A DNA stretch of 64,000 nt from an uncultured Poribacteria bacterium (GTDB taxonomy: Bacteria > Poribacteria > WGA-4E > WGA-3G), in contig CATQHZ020000001.1 in NCBI GenBank assembly GCA_958296135.2, forward strand, positions 672,001 to 736,000, written 5' to 3'. The notes beneath the pieces were generated by a model that worked only from the letters and a program-made list of their open reading frames with translations, did not search any database and was not told the DNA's origin. The translations under genes were made by a program, and so were the position numbers. Below are positions 50,547-61,333 of this stretch, piece after piece (the first letter of the stretch is position 1; the number at the start of each line of letters is the position of its first letter).

Positions 50547-51035
50547 ATGGAAGAGACTTTTCGTCCCGAGAAATTCCAAAAGGTACTGATGTCGTATTTA
50601 ATCATGTGGGGCATCTTATGGACGGTGAGCGTGCTGATCGTCAGCTTTGCGCCGCCGCATCGTGTTTACGGGAAAGTTATCCTATACGGCACAACCTCAG
50701 TCGGTTACTTTGCAAACGGTTTATTTTCTCTCGGCATAGTGACGATCAGTCCAATTGTCTCGGTTGGGGTTATCGCTATCGGCCCGGGTGCCTGTGGGGT
50801 TATTGCGCTCGGCGGTGGCGGTGCCTGTGGGATTTACGCTGTCGGCGTGCACGCGGTAGGCGTTTTTGCCATCGGTATGAACGCCATCGGAGTCTACACG
50901 TTGTCGCATTCGGGAAGCGGCAGCGGCAGGTATGTGTTCTCACCGAAACGCCAAGATGCGAGGGCGGTAAAACTATATACGCGTTGGTTTCCACAGTTTA
51001 AGCGCGCGTATCTGCCGGATGCTGAGGATGAATGA
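50547..51035 (+). CDS. Hypothetical membrane protein with Gly-rich A-G--A-G repeats
   Basis: GGAG RBS; repeated SVG/AIG/ALG/AVG hydrophobic units. Confidence 0.65.
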   Translation: MEETFRPEKFQKVLMSYLIMWGILWTVSVLIVSFAPPHRVYGKVILYGTTSVGYFANGLFSLGIVTISPIVSVGVIAIGPGACGVIALGGGGACGIYAVGVHAVGVFAIGMNAIGVYTLSHSGSGSGRYVFSPKRQDARAVKLYTRWFPQFKRAYLPDAEDE

Positions 51036-51097
51036 TGGCGCGCCTGTTGTCACCTCGCATTTCGTATTCTTGAAGTATCGCAATCTGGGGTTCGCTC

Positions 51098-52195
51098 TTA
51101 CCCAATTAGAACAATCGCATTCCCTGCGCGCCAGGTGAGAGACACCTTATCGCCACGCTGAAACCGCCGCGTCTCACCCGCGCCAGTGTTCTGTTGATGC
51201 ACGATGACAGGGGTAGGATAATCCGTTTGCACCGTGTATTGGAGCGTCGTGCCGAGGTAACTTTCGTCTTGAATAGTGCCGCTTAATTGATTGACTGAAT
51301 CGGGACGAGGCGCACTGTCTAAATCAATGCGTTCTGGCCGAATCGCCACGGTGACAGATGCACCATCTTGGACATTGCTGTTGAGTCTGCCGACGATCTT
51401 AATGGGGGGTTCGGTTGCCAATTCAACTGTTGCGAGTTCACCTTCTCTGGGAGACAACGTCCCCTGAAAAAAATTAGAGGTGCCGATAAAATCGGCGACG
51501 AAACGATTTTGCGGTGCGTCGTATATTTCGGCGGGGGTGCCGACTTGTAGGAGTTTGCCATCGCGCATTACTGCAATCCGGTCGGAGAGTGCCAACGCTT
51601 CGCCCTGGTCGTGCGTGACGTAGACGAACGTGATGCCCACTTGGCGTTGCAACGTTTTGAGTTCCAGTTGCATCTGCTTTCGCAACTGTAGATCGAGCGC
51701 GGCGAGGGGTTCGTCTAGCAGCAGGATAGTGGGGTGATTAATCAACGCGCGGGCGAGTGCCACCCGTTGCTTTTCGCCCCCGGAGAGTTCGCTTGGTTTC
51801 CGGGTGCCGTAGCCGGGGAGGCGAATGAGTTCTAGGAAACGTTCCACTTCGGCTGCGGTTTTTGCCTTCGGCATCTTCTTCATTTGCAGTCCAAAGGCGA
51901 TGTTTTGCGCGACGGTTTTATGCGGAAACAGCGCGTAATTTTGGAAAACGGTGTTAACAGGCCGGCGATAGGGCGGCGTTTGCTTCATCGGTTCTCCGTT
52001 AATGAAAACCTTTCCCGATGTCGGGTAGACAAATCCGCCGATGATGCGTAACGTGGTGGTTTTTCCGCAGCCGCTCGGTCCGAGCAGCGAAAAAAATTCG
52101 CCGCCTTCTATCTGCAGTGAGACATTGTCCACGGCGCGCGTGTCGCCAAATTGTTTCGTTACCGATGTGAGGGTAATCTGGCCTACGTTTTCCAT
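51098..52195 (-). CDS. Spermidine/putrescine-type ABC transporter ATP-binding subunit (PotA family)
   Basis: GPSGCGKTT, VFQNYALFPH, LSGGEKQRVALARAL, LLLDEP, VTHDQ, C-terminal TOBE domain. Confidence 0.92.
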   Translation of the reverse strand: MENVGQITLTSVTKQFGDTRAVDNVSLQIEGGEFFSLLGPSGCGKTTTLRIIGGFVYPTSGKVFINGEPMKQTPPYRRPVNTVFQNYALFPHKTVAQNIAFGLQMKKMPKAKTAAEVERFLELIRLPGYGTRKPSELSGGEKQRVALARALINHPTILLLDEPLAALDLQLRKQMQLELKTLQRQVGITFVYVTHDQGEALALSDRIAVMRDGKLLQVGTPAEIYDAPQNRFVADFIGTSNFFQGTLSPREGELATVELATEPPIKIVGRLNSNVQDGASVTVAIRPERIDLDSAPRPDSVNQLSGTIQDESYLGTTLQYTVQTDYPTPVIVHQQNTGAGETRRFQRGDKVSLTWRAGNAIVLIG

Positions 52196-52197
52196 AT

Positions 52198-53450
52198 TCA
52201 GGGGGTTGTTCTCTGGCAAACGACGATGTTTTCTTCGTGCATTGTTGCGGCGGTTTTCCCTGCAACGTTGGAGGGACTATTCTTTGTCGGCATCCGTTTA
52301 TTCGGGATGTTCCGAACGATAGTCTTTCGATGTGAAAATCCGTGCTGTCCAAACTCGGAAATCACAAACGCGTCTGTCGGAAGCATTACGCCTTTCACAC
52401 TGCGATTACCGACAACATAGCACACCGTCGCGCGGGAAGAGAGCATCTTCGCGACGAAGTGGATACTGCTCCCGAGGTCGGTGTAGAAAGCGGCGACCTG
52501 GTTTGCCCGCTTTTCATCAACAGAACGGATTTCCTCAATAGCCTCAGTTACCGGCGAATCGGCTAATTTGCTTTCGGTACGATGGCCACCCATTGCAAGC
52601 CTGTCTACTTTGCGCGCGTTCGGAAAACCAATCCACTCGGATGCGAGCCGTGAGAATTGTCCATACGCAACCGTCGTGTGTGAATCGCCGTAGGGAGGAG
52701 ATGTTACGACGATGTCATATCCACCTAACGGACGCGGCATTGGGAACTCTCCGTGAACTGTATTGGCACTGGAGACTGATGCCTCGACGTTTTGGCGTTT
52801 CTCCATGAATATCGCCAACCCGTGCTGATTTCGGCTCAGTTTCTTGCGAAAGATGCCGAAAACGTCGGGTTGAAAGTGCGCGAGTTTCTCGGCAGGCATC
52901 CGATGCAATTTGAATTCGCCGTTGCGGGTATAGGAACATTCGCGCACCGTTTCCGAAAAGGCTACCCACAGAAAGTTGCGAACTGTCTCCTCTTCCACCT
53001 CGTCTATCCATGCGCGCAGAAAAGCGAGAGTTCTGATGACTTCTTCAGAAAACCAATAGGCGAGATTCGGAATCTCCGGAACGGGTTTGTCCGGCACCTT
53101 GCAGGAGAACTCCACCTGAAAGAGACAATCGTTCAACTTGTCAAGATGCGCAGCGAGGAGTCTCGGTGGAATTGGAGTCAACTTGGCTGTGGTTATCAGG
53201 CGCACGAGGGGGTTGATGTCGCATCCAAGCTGTGCATGCCGAACAGCGATGCCTCCACCAACGAGGTGCCTGTGCCGCAATACGGGTCGAGCAGCCATCT
53301 GCCTTCCACGCCGTAACGCTTCAGAAGTTTCCGCGCGATTTGCGGAATCATCATGGCGGGATAAGTGTGGAAGCAGTGGGTATATTCCTTTGTGTTGGCT
53401 TCGGGCAAATCCCAAGTTTCGTCTCTGTATTTCACGGTTCTTGCGCGCAT
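52198..53450 (-). pseudogene. Orphan amino-DNA methyltransferase (N4-cytosine type, SPPY), split by a 1-nt deletion at about 53226
   Basis: The 5' frame has HTYPAMMIP and LLDPYCGTGTS (motif I); the 3' frame has GCDINPL and VTSPPYGD (motif IV). Adding one base in agcttggatgc restores GMHSLGCDINP. Confidence 0.85.
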
Positions 53451-53456
53451 TTTCCC

Positions 53457-54902
53457 TTATTCTTCGGATAGCACCCGCGTCAAAATCTGATTGACGAGTT
53501 GCGGGTTCGCCTTGCCGCGCGTCGCGCGCATGACCTGGCCGACAAGGAACCCAATCGCCTTCTTCTTGCCATCGCGGTAATCCTGCGCGGGACCGGGATG
53601 CGCTTCCACTACCTGCAGCACAATCGCCTCGATTTCCGAGGTATCCGTAATCTGCGATAACCCCTTCTCTTTCACGATATCCTTCGGCATTTTGCCTGTT
53701 TCAAAGGCATCGTCAAGCACCGATTTGGCAATCTTGCCGCTGATGGTAGCATCGTTAATCAACTGGATGAGCTCACTCAGATGCGCGGGCGTAACCTTTG
53801 CGTCTTGGATGTCCATCTCTGCAGCGTTAAGTAACCGCGACACATCACCCATAATCCAGTTTGCACACGCTGTCGGTTCGCTGCCGCACTGCACTGCTTC
53901 GTCAAAGAAGTCAGCGAGGTGTCGGGTAGCGGTGAGGAATTCAGCGTTTTCGGCGGAGATGCTGTAGTCGGCGATGAACCGTTCGCGGCGCGCGGCGGGA
54001 AGCTCCGGCAGCGTCGGCTGAATCTCGGTGAGCCAGTCTGCATTGATTTGAACGTGAACCAGGTCTGGTTCAGGGAAATAGCGGTAGTCGTCCGCTTCTT
54101 CTTTGCCGCGCATGGCTGCAGTTTTGCCGGTGCTGGCATCAAACAGCAGTGTCTCTTGGATAACCTCGCCTCCCTCATCTAGAATTCGTGCCTGCCGTTG
54201 CACCTCGTATTGCATCGCGTCAAGCAGTTCCTGAAACGAGTTCTTGTTTTTAATTTCGGTGCGCGTGCCTAATTGTTGGCTGCCCATGGGACGGAGGGAG
54301 AGGTTCGGTTCGCAGCGGAGGCTTCCCTCTTCCATATTGCAATCGCTTACGCCGATGTATTCCAAAATCTCTTTGACAGCGCGGCAGTAGGCGATAGCCT
54401 CTTCGGGGGAATGGATTTCGGGTTCGCTCACAATTTCCAATAGCGGCACGCCGGCGCGATTGAAGTCCATGAAGCTCCGCGTTGCATCGCCGGTGACTTC
54501 GGCGTGGACTGATTTGCCGGTATCCTCTTCCAAATGGATTCGGCGGAGGGCGACGGTGCGGCGTTCGCCGTTAAAGTCAAACGTCACCTGTCCGTTCTGG
54601 CATAACGGCAGGTCATACTGCGAGATCTGGTAGTTTTTCGGCAGGTCTGGGTAAAAGTAGTTTTTCCTGTCAAACTTGCTGTATGATGTGATGTCGCAAT
54701 CCATTGCCAAACCGGCGCGCACGGCAAACGCCACCGCATTCTTGTTGATAACCGGCAGCGTGCCTGGCATCCCCAGGCAGATGGGGCAGGTGCAGTCGTT
54801 CGCTGCTGCGCCGAAGGTATACGCGCAATGGCAGAAGAGTTTGCTTTCCGTGCACAATTCCGCGTGAATTTCTAAGCCGATAACCGTTTCGTATTTTTGC
54901 AT
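53457..54902 (-). CDS. gatB: Asp-tRNA(Asn)/Glu-tRNA(Gln) amidotransferase subunit B
   Basis: VIGLEIH, FDRKNYFYPDLPK-YQISQ, NRAGVPLLEIVSEP, DYRYFPEPDL. Confidence 0.98.
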   Translation of the reverse strand: MQKYETVIGLEIHAELCTESKLFCHCAYTFGAAANDCTCPICLGMPGTLPVINKNAVAFAVRAGLAMDCDITSYSKFDRKNYFYPDLPKNYQISQYDLPLCQNGQVTFDFNGERRTVALRRIHLEEDTGKSVHAEVTGDATRSFMDFNRAGVPLLEIVSEPEIHSPEEAIAYCRAVKEILEYIGVSDCNMEEGSLRCEPNLSLRPMGSQQLGTRTEIKNKNSFQELLDAMQYEVQRQARILDEGGEVIQETLLFDASTGKTAAMRGKEEADDYRYFPEPDLVHVQINADWLTEIQPTLPELPAARRERFIADYSISAENAEFLTATRHLADFFDEAVQCGSEPTACANWIMGDVSRLLNAAEMDIQDAKVTPAHLSELIQLINDATISGKIAKSVLDDAFETGKMPKDIVKEKGLSQITDTSEIEAIVLQVVEAHPGPAQDYRDGKKKAIGFLVGQVMRATRGKANPQLVNQILTRVLSEE

Positions 54903-55040
54903 GAGTTTTCCTATTTCTTAGAATGGACGCGGCCTCTACGCCGTAGGCGCGCTTTGTAAACGCACCCCGTGCCCTCGTGCGCGGTTGCAAACCGCGCCTA
55001 CCGTTGGGGAATGATGGCCTTTGCGTTTTTCCTGTTTCTC

Positions 55041-55200
55041 CTATCGCTGTCGTATGGAGCCCACCCTCCTGATACCCATTTGATGGACACTGGCAAACCC
55101 AATGCGCAAACGGTAAACCATCGCATTGGGATTTTTTGCACGCACCCGGTCCAAGGCAATTGCAATCTTATCGTCGATTTCGTAGTGCCTGTCTTCACGA
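55041..55200 (-). pseudogene. Possible remnant of a small hypothetical protein
   Basis: YEIDD---ALDRVRAKNPNAMVYRLRIGF looks protein-like, but the upstream frame is broken; flanked by REP copies. Confidence 0.35.
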
Positions 55201-55383
55201 TGCATGTCAACTCGTTGGGCGGTGCGCGCAGGACGATTCAGTTGTCCCGTTTTTGATGTCACCCGCAAGAATGAACACCGGGGTCTCTGTCCTGTTTGCG
55301 ATGCGGCGAACTCATCTCAAACGACAGATAGGGGACAACTGAATGTTTCTGTAGGGAGCGCGTGGAACGCACGCCTACCGGTG

Positions 55384-56148
55384 TTATTGCGATAACTCGT
55401 TGACAATCGCCACGTTCGCTTCGACTTCGCTGCGGGAAGTCATCCCGATAGTCATCGCGTGAACGCAGTCCAGGCCCATCACGAATTCGATTGCGTCTCG
55501 GGCACCGCCTGCCTCTTTGGCGAGTTTGCTTTGTCCGAGCACTTTCATGCCGTAGATACCCTTGCCCGCGAACGCCATGAGTTCCATCGTTCGGATGACA
55601 TCCGCTGGCGATGCGTCCATGTGGACACCGGCGTAGTTAATCCGTGCGAGTACCACGTCCACCCATGCTGTCATGGCGGCGGTTTGGAACGCGCCGTAAT
55701 CGTGGCAAGACACGCCGTGCGCGTGGATGAGCCCCTGTTCCTTACAGCGCGCGAGTCCCTCCATCGCGTCCGGATACCGCTTTGGCCAATCCACTTGTGT
55801 GAGGCAGTGGAGCAACACGATATCCACATAGTCCGAACCGATTTCGGTGAGGAACCGCTTGACATCGGTTTCCACGTCCTCGCGCGTGCGCGATACTGTT
55901 TTCGTGGTGATGGTGACGCTGCGCCTGTCTACGTGTCTAAGAGCTTCTCGGACATGCGGATGACTCCCGTACTGGTCTGCCGAGTCCCAGAACGTCACGC
56001 CTTTGTCGTGCGAGAATAGCAGCAGGTCGCGAAGGCCTTCCAATCCCAAGTCTGTCTGGTTTGAGCGGCCGTTCCAGCCGTTCGACCCGGTGCCGATGGA
56101 GAGCCGTGAAACGTTTAACCCTGTTTTTCCAAGTGCGACAATTTCCAT
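55384..56148 (-). CDS. Aldo/keto reductase family protein
   Basis: LGKTGLNVSRLSIG, DSADQYG, TTK, DYVDIVLLH, GVSCH, MKVLG. Confidence 0.92.
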   Translation of the reverse strand: MEIVALGKTGLNVSRLSIGTGSNGWNGRSNQTDLGLEGLRDLLLFSHDKGVTFWDSADQYGSHPHVREALRHVDRRSVTITTKTVSRTREDVETDVKRFLTEIGSDYVDIVLLHCLTQVDWPKRYPDAMEGLARCKEQGLIHAHGVSCHDYGAFQTAAMTAWVDVVLARINYAGVHMDASPADVIRTMELMAFAGKGIYGMKVLGQSKLAKEAGGARDAIEFVMGLDCVHAMTIGMTSRSEVEANVAIVNELSQ

Positions 56149-56498
56149 TGAAATTCTCCTGCCGGTCAAGTTACGTTTAATAGGACGGACGCAAATCCGA
56201 AAACGCCCGTTCGGTAGGCGCGCTTTGAAAGCGCGCCGCCGGGGTTTGTTCTGCGTAAGTCCGAGTTTAAGTATAGCAGAAGCTGTCTCAATATGTCAAG
56301 CAATTTTTCGCCCTCTTATCTTTTTTGTTGCTTTTTGCCGATAAGACACGTTATAATTAGGAAGGAATGAAGGACGTATTCCGAAGAAAACTTAGCCAAG
56401 GCGCGCCCAGCGTTTGGCCGATACGCAAAGCGCGGTGCGCTGCGCGAATCGCCTTTGCCGAACGCGTGGTGCCCATACAGAAAATAGGAAAGAAATAT

Positions 56499-58763
56499 AT
56501 GCACTTTTTTATTCACACCCGAGGCCTTCACCGCTATTGGAAAATCCTGAGTCTGTTGCTGCTAGGCTGTTGCTGCTTTCTCGCGGCCGTGCCGGGTTCC
56601 GCGGACGAGCTGCACATCCATCTTGCCGACAGCAGTGCTCTCGTCTTCGTGGATAAAGGTAACTACAAACGCGCCATTTCAAAGTTGGAGAGTTTGTTGC
56701 GGGCCGAATTATCCGAGCGCGAGAAGAAAGAGATTCATCATGTGCTAGGCTATTGCTATGAAAAGCTGCGGAATCGCCCGAAAGCGATTGGGAATTACGC
56801 CCGAGTTGCTTCGCCGACGTATCCGCTTGCCGATTGCGCTGTGTATCGCCTTGCCCGACTCTATGCCGAGATGAAAGACGATGCGAAAGCTGTCAAGTGG
56901 TATAGGCAGCTCGTGCAGGACTATCCGGCGAGTTTCTATCGCGCTGAAGCACAGTTCGTGTTGGCGCGTCTCCACCTCAAGCGGAAAGAGTGGGCTGCCG
57001 CGAAACCGTTGTTTGCTGCTCTGCACGAGGAGCCGCGCTATGCACGAAAGGCGGCGCAGGGAGTCGCGCGCTGTGATGAGGGACTCGGGGATGTGACAGC
57101 CGCCTTTGAAGCCTACCGGGTGCTGTTGCGGGCAAATCCGACTGATGCAGTCGCCGAGGAGGCACTCGGCCGGTTCAAGCTGCTGGCGAGGACGCATAAG
57201 ACACTGACGCTGACATCGCAAGACCGGCTGATTTGCGGGCAAGTCTTCTTAAATCGTAAGAAGTGGACATCGGCTGTTTCGGAATTTCAGCGCATCGCTG
57301 CTGCGAAAAACCTGAAACTTCGGGGGCAAGCACGCTACTTGATGGGGCAGGCGTATCAGGGCCGGAAGTGGTATAACACCGCTATCAAGCAGTATAACGT
57401 CGTCATTGCCCTCGGTGGGAAGAGCGACTATTTGACGCGCGCACACTACCAGAAAGCGGTATGCTATCAGCGGAAGGGGCACCTGAAAACGGCTACGAGT
57501 CAACTGGAACCGTTCGCGCGCCTCTATCCGTGGAGCGAATTACGCGATGACGCGTTTTACACGCTGGCGCAAATCTATGAGAAGCGTGGAAAATCTACAC
57601 TCGCCGGTGAGGCGTACGCTCAGCTTATTGAGGTATCGCCGGAGAGTCCGTATGCAGATGTCGCGGCGTGGCGCGTCGGCTGGCGGCGGTTTGACGAGAA
57701 ACGTTACGAAGAGAGTTACCGGGCCTTTCAAGGTTTGAAAGAAAACTTCCCCGGCAATCGGTATGCGATGGGCGCGCATTTCTGGATGGCGAAAATCCAT
57801 GAACGCCAGAACCGCCCCGAGCTGGCGAGAGAACTCTACACCGAAGTGGCAGAGGCAAATTATTGGTATTACAGCGCGAGAGCCAAAGCGATTCTCGGTA
57901 TCACCGGCTCCGAATTGGAACCACGGGCGGTGCCGGATGCAGAACTGCCGCCGCAGGCAGCCTGCCCGAAGCAGGCGATGGCGTTAATGTCGCTCCGGCT
58001 GTATGAGGATGCAATTGCGCAGCTCACACATCACATTGCATCGCCTGTCCATCAGCCGGACAAAGAGTGTTTCTACGCGTTGATGACGTGTTATGAACGT
58101 CAGGCGCGATACGATGAGGCACGGGAGGTGGCAGAACAGGCGTTGAAGAACCCAGCCTTCGCGAATCCAGACGCAGTGGATGCGAAGCAGTTGCGACAGG
58201 TGCTTTACCCGCGTTATTATGAACGGCTGATTGAGAAATACGCGAAGACGTATGAGGTGGATGCCTACCTGATGTTCGCGATGATATTAGAGGAGAGCCG
58301 GTATCGTGCCGATGCGGTGAGTTGGGCGGGGGCGATAGGGTTGATGCAGATTATGCCTGCTACCGGGAAGGAACTCGCGCGGCAACTGAAAATCCGCCGA
58401 TTCCGGGCATCGATGCTAAAAAGGCCCGAGGTGAACATCCGGATGGGTGCGAAGTATATCGCCTACCTCAATTCACTGTTTGACGGCGATGCGATGCTTG
58501 TCACCGGGGCATATAACGGCGGCCCCGGCAGAATGCGCCGGTGGGTAGCGTCGAAGAACATCAAGGACATCGACGAATTCGTGGAGAAAATCACGATTCG
58601 CGAGACGCGGTTGCATATCAAGAAGGTTATCCACAGTTACGATAACTACGTTGAACTCTACGGGCAAACTGAGATACCGGCTATGAATTCTGCCTGGGAT
58701 ACGCAGCGGTTTCGTTCCGGTAAACGGCTAGGGAGTCCGTTCATCGGCCGGCGGAGCGAGTAA
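56499..58763 (+). CDS. Soluble lytic murein transglycosylase with TPR solenoid (Slt70-like)
   Basis: Signal/TM segment, many TPRs, then EES (catalytic Glu), AIGLMQIMPAT, AYNGGPG, ETRLHIKKV. Confidence 0.92.
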   Translation: MHFFIHTRGLHRYWKILSLLLLGCCCFLAAVPGSADELHIHLADSSALVFVDKGNYKRAISKLESLLRAELSEREKKEIHHVLGYCYEKLRNRPKAIGNYARVASPTYPLADCAVYRLARLYAEMKDDAKAVKWYRQLVQDYPASFYRAEAQFVLARLHLKRKEWAAAKPLFAALHEEPRYARKAAQGVARCDEGLGDVTAAFEAYRVLLRANPTDAVAEEALGRFKLLARTHKTLTLTSQDRLICGQVFLNRKKWTSAVSEFQRIAAAKNLKLRGQARYLMGQAYQGRKWYNTAIKQYNVVIALGGKSDYLTRAHYQKAVCYQRKGHLKTATSQLEPFARLYPWSELRDDAFYTLAQIYEKRGKSTLAGEAYAQLIEVSPESPYADVAAWRVGWRRFDEKRYEESYRAFQGLKENFPGNRYAMGAHFWMAKIHERQNRPELARELYTEVAEANYWYYSARAKAILGITGSELEPRAVPDAELPPQAACPKQAMALMSLRLYEDAIAQLTHHIASPVHQPDKECFYALMTCYERQARYDEAREVAEQALKNPAFANPDAVDAKQLRQVLYPRYYERLIEKYAKTYEVDAYLMFAMILEESRYRADAVSWAGAIGLMQIMPATGKELARQLKIRRFRASMLKRPEVNIRMGAKYIAYLNSLFDGDAMLVTGAYNGGPGRMRRWVASKNIKDIDEFVEKITIRETRLHIKKVIHSYDNYVELYGQTEIPAMNSAWDTQRFRSGKRLGSPFIGRRSE

Positions 58764-58831
58764 ACGTCGCAGGCACACTGTAGCGTGATGGCTTCGCACG
58801 ATGACGTGGCGAGAAGCAGTGTTTCTCAGAC

Positions 58832-59107
58832 TTGGAAAAATACATCCATTCGGATGCAAAAGAGCCCGCGTTGATTCAATGCGCGCTCGTTCATTACCAA
58901 TTTGAGGCAATTCACCCGTTCGTTGATGGAAACGGAAGAATCGGCAGGCTGCTTATCATCTTGATGCTCATAGAAAAAAAGTTGTTATCGCAACCGGTGC
59001 TCTTCCTTTCGGATTTTTTTGAGGCGCATAGAGACGCGTATTATCAATCGCTGTTGAATGTTAGCGAAAAAGGAAATTGGAAAGCGTGGCTCACCTTATC
59101 CTCATGA
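58832..59107 (+). pseudogene. Internal fragment of a Fic-domain protein
   Basis: HYQFEAIHPFVDGNGRIGR Fic motif; the N-terminal half and the C-terminal region are missing. Confidence 0.8.
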
Positions 59108-59163
59108 CAGAACAAACGCGCTCGGTGCGTCCTAAAGTGAGTTAATCAAAGCGCGTCGCATCC

Positions 59164-60792
59164 TTAGCGTTCCAACTCTATCCATTGCGGTGCTTTGTCT
59201 CGGGTGAGGATGATGCGGCGGTGCCATGCCGTATCGTCCCTCTCTGGGAAGTCAGAACGGTAATGCGCGCCGCGGCTTTCTGTCCGGAGCAGTGCTGCCT
59301 CCGTGATACACCGGGCGACATCCAGCATATTCGCTGCTTCACAGGTGCCTTGTGTGTATTGTTCTCCCTCGTCCCCCAGGCTGAGCGGTGTGCACGCGGC
59401 TTCTGCCACTTCCTGCAATTGCGCGAGCGTTTCTTGTAACCCTTCCCCGTTGCGTTCAATACCGACGTTTTTCCAGAGTGTCTCCCGAATCGTGTGTCTT
59501 ATATCATCAACCTTGTCCGCGGAAACCATCGTTGCTGTGTCGGGGATATGGCTGTCGGCGGGTGTCACCCCCACGGTTTGGGTTTGCGCGAAGGCGGCGG
59601 CGTTCGTGCCAGCCCGCGCTCCGTAGACGAGGCATTCCAACAGCGAATTACTGGCCAAGCGGTTTGCGCCATGCACGCCGGTGCATGCCACTTCGCCACA
59701 GGCGTAGAGTCCCCGCACGTTCGTCTCTGCTTCTGTGTTGGTGCGGATGCCGCCCATCATAAAGTGCGCGCCGGGACGGACGGGGATGACATCGATGCGG
59801 ATATCTAACCCGTAGCGTTGTGTTGTCTCGAAAATTGTGGGAAAGCGTTCGACGATAAAATCGGCGGGTTTGTGTGTAACATCAAGATAGACGCACGGGA
59901 AGCCGGTCTGGTTTATTTCGTTCTGGATGGCGCGGCTGACGACATCGCGCGGGGCGAGTTCACCGAGTTCATGGTATTTTTCCATGAAGCGTTCCCCGCG
60001 GATGGTGATGAGTTGTCCGCCTTCGCCGCGCACAGCTTCGGAGATGAGGAAATTCGGTGCGCCATCGAGGCAGAGCGTAGTCGGGTGGAACTGAACGAAT
60101 TCCATGTCAATGAGTTCACACCCGGCGCGCCACGCGGCGGCGATGCCGTCACCGGTGGCTACCTCTGGATTGGAGGTGCAGGGATAGAGGCGGCCGAGCC
60201 CGCCTGTCGCCAAAATCGTCACTTTGGCATGGAGTAAGACAGGTTCGCCCTCCACGAGTGCTATCACGCCGTAGCACTGTCCTTCTGCTGTCAACACCTC
60301 CACGGCGAAGGCGTTGGTGAGGACGCGAATGCGTGCTGTATTTACGACTTGTTGCACCAAGACATCGGTAGTCTCCCTGCCGGTCGCGTCTCCTTTGTGG
60401 ACGATGCGGCGGCGGCTGTGAGCGGCTTCTTGCGTGAACCGCGGCAGCGTGCCTTCCCAATCAAAATTCGCGCCCCAATCTAGGAGTTCGGATACGCGTG
60501 GCACCCCTTCGGCTACCATCGCTTCGACAGCGGCCCTGTCGCAAATTCCTGCGCCGGCGACGAGTGTGTCTTGGACGTGCAACGCGAGGGTATCGTCCAC
60601 GTTCATGGCGACAGCGATGCCGCCTTGCGCATAGCGCGTGTTGCTCTCCTTGAGGGCGGATTTTGTCAGCAACGTCACGTCAACACCTGGCGCGGTTGCC
60701 GCGGCGGCGAGGGCGGCGCGCAAGCCGGCAGCCCCACTGCCGATGATGAGGACATCTGTTTTTTCGGATGTCGTAATGCGTTCGTTGTGCAT
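59164..60792 (-). CDS. nadB: L-aspartate oxidase
   Basis: IIGSGAAGL, AQGGIA, EFVQFHPT, LISEAVRGEG, LAPRDVVSRAI, GVHGANRLASNSLLE, ESRGAHYR. Confidence 0.96.
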   Translation of the reverse strand: MHNERITTSEKTDVLIIGSGAAGLRAALAAAATAPGVDVTLLTKSALKESNTRYAQGGIAVAMNVDDTLALHVQDTLVAGAGICDRAAVEAMVAEGVPRVSELLDWGANFDWEGTLPRFTQEAAHSRRRIVHKGDATGRETTDVLVQQVVNTARIRVLTNAFAVEVLTAEGQCYGVIALVEGEPVLLHAKVTILATGGLGRLYPCTSNPEVATGDGIAAAWRAGCELIDMEFVQFHPTTLCLDGAPNFLISEAVRGEGGQLITIRGERFMEKYHELGELAPRDVVSRAIQNEINQTGFPCVYLDVTHKPADFIVERFPTIFETTQRYGLDIRIDVIPVRPGAHFMMGGIRTNTEAETNVRGLYACGEVACTGVHGANRLASNSLLECLVYGARAGTNAAAFAQTQTVGVTPADSHIPDTATMVSADKVDDIRHTIRETLWKNVGIERNGEGLQETLAQLQEVAEAACTPLSLGDEGEQYTQGTCEAANMLDVARCITEAALLRTESRGAHYRSDFPERDDTAWHRRIILTRDKAPQWIELER

Positions 60793-60909
60793 TTTTGGTT
60801 GTTTGACGGTTGTCGTCGTAGTGCCGTCATCGACAACGTCGATGACTACGTTTTTTCTCCTAAACCAAAATTCTTCCCTGAGCAGTGATTATAGCAGAGA
60901 CTGCCCCAC

Positions 60910-61305
60910 CTACAAAGGCATAACCTTCCCGCTACCGGTGGCGATGAGGGTGCCATCTTCCAACGTGACAGTCGCGTCGGCTGCTACGAGACGACGGGAG
61001 GCTTTGACGCGTTGCGCGGCAACCGTCAGTTTCACCCCGGTCGGCGATGGGTTGCGGAATCGGACATCGAGCTGTGCCGTGACAGCGGGTTTCCCGAACG
61101 TGGCGATACCGACATAGGTTATCGCTTCATCAAGCAAGGTGCTGAGGATGCCACCGTGGAGGACATCGGCCCAGCCTTGCAGGTGCGAGGGCGGTGTGCA
61201 TTCAATCGTGACCTGGGTACCATCTTCACTGATGTGCGGTGTCACTCGTAAGCCAAACGGATTTTTCGTGCCGCACACGAAGCAAAAATCGTTGTTTTCA
61301 AGCAT
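60910..61305 (-). CDS. PaaI family (hotdog-fold) thioesterase
   Basis: CFVCG-KNPFGL, QGW--VLHGGILSTLLDE. Confidence 0.9.
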   Translation of the reverse strand: MLENNDFCFVCGTKNPFGLRVTPHISEDGTQVTIECTPPSHLQGWADVLHGGILSTLLDEAITYVGIATFGKPAVTAQLDVRFRNPSPTGVKLTVAAQRVKASRRLVAADATVTLEDGTLIATGSGKVMPL

Positions 61306-61333
61306 CTTTTGTCTTTCCTAGGGCAGGCACCCC

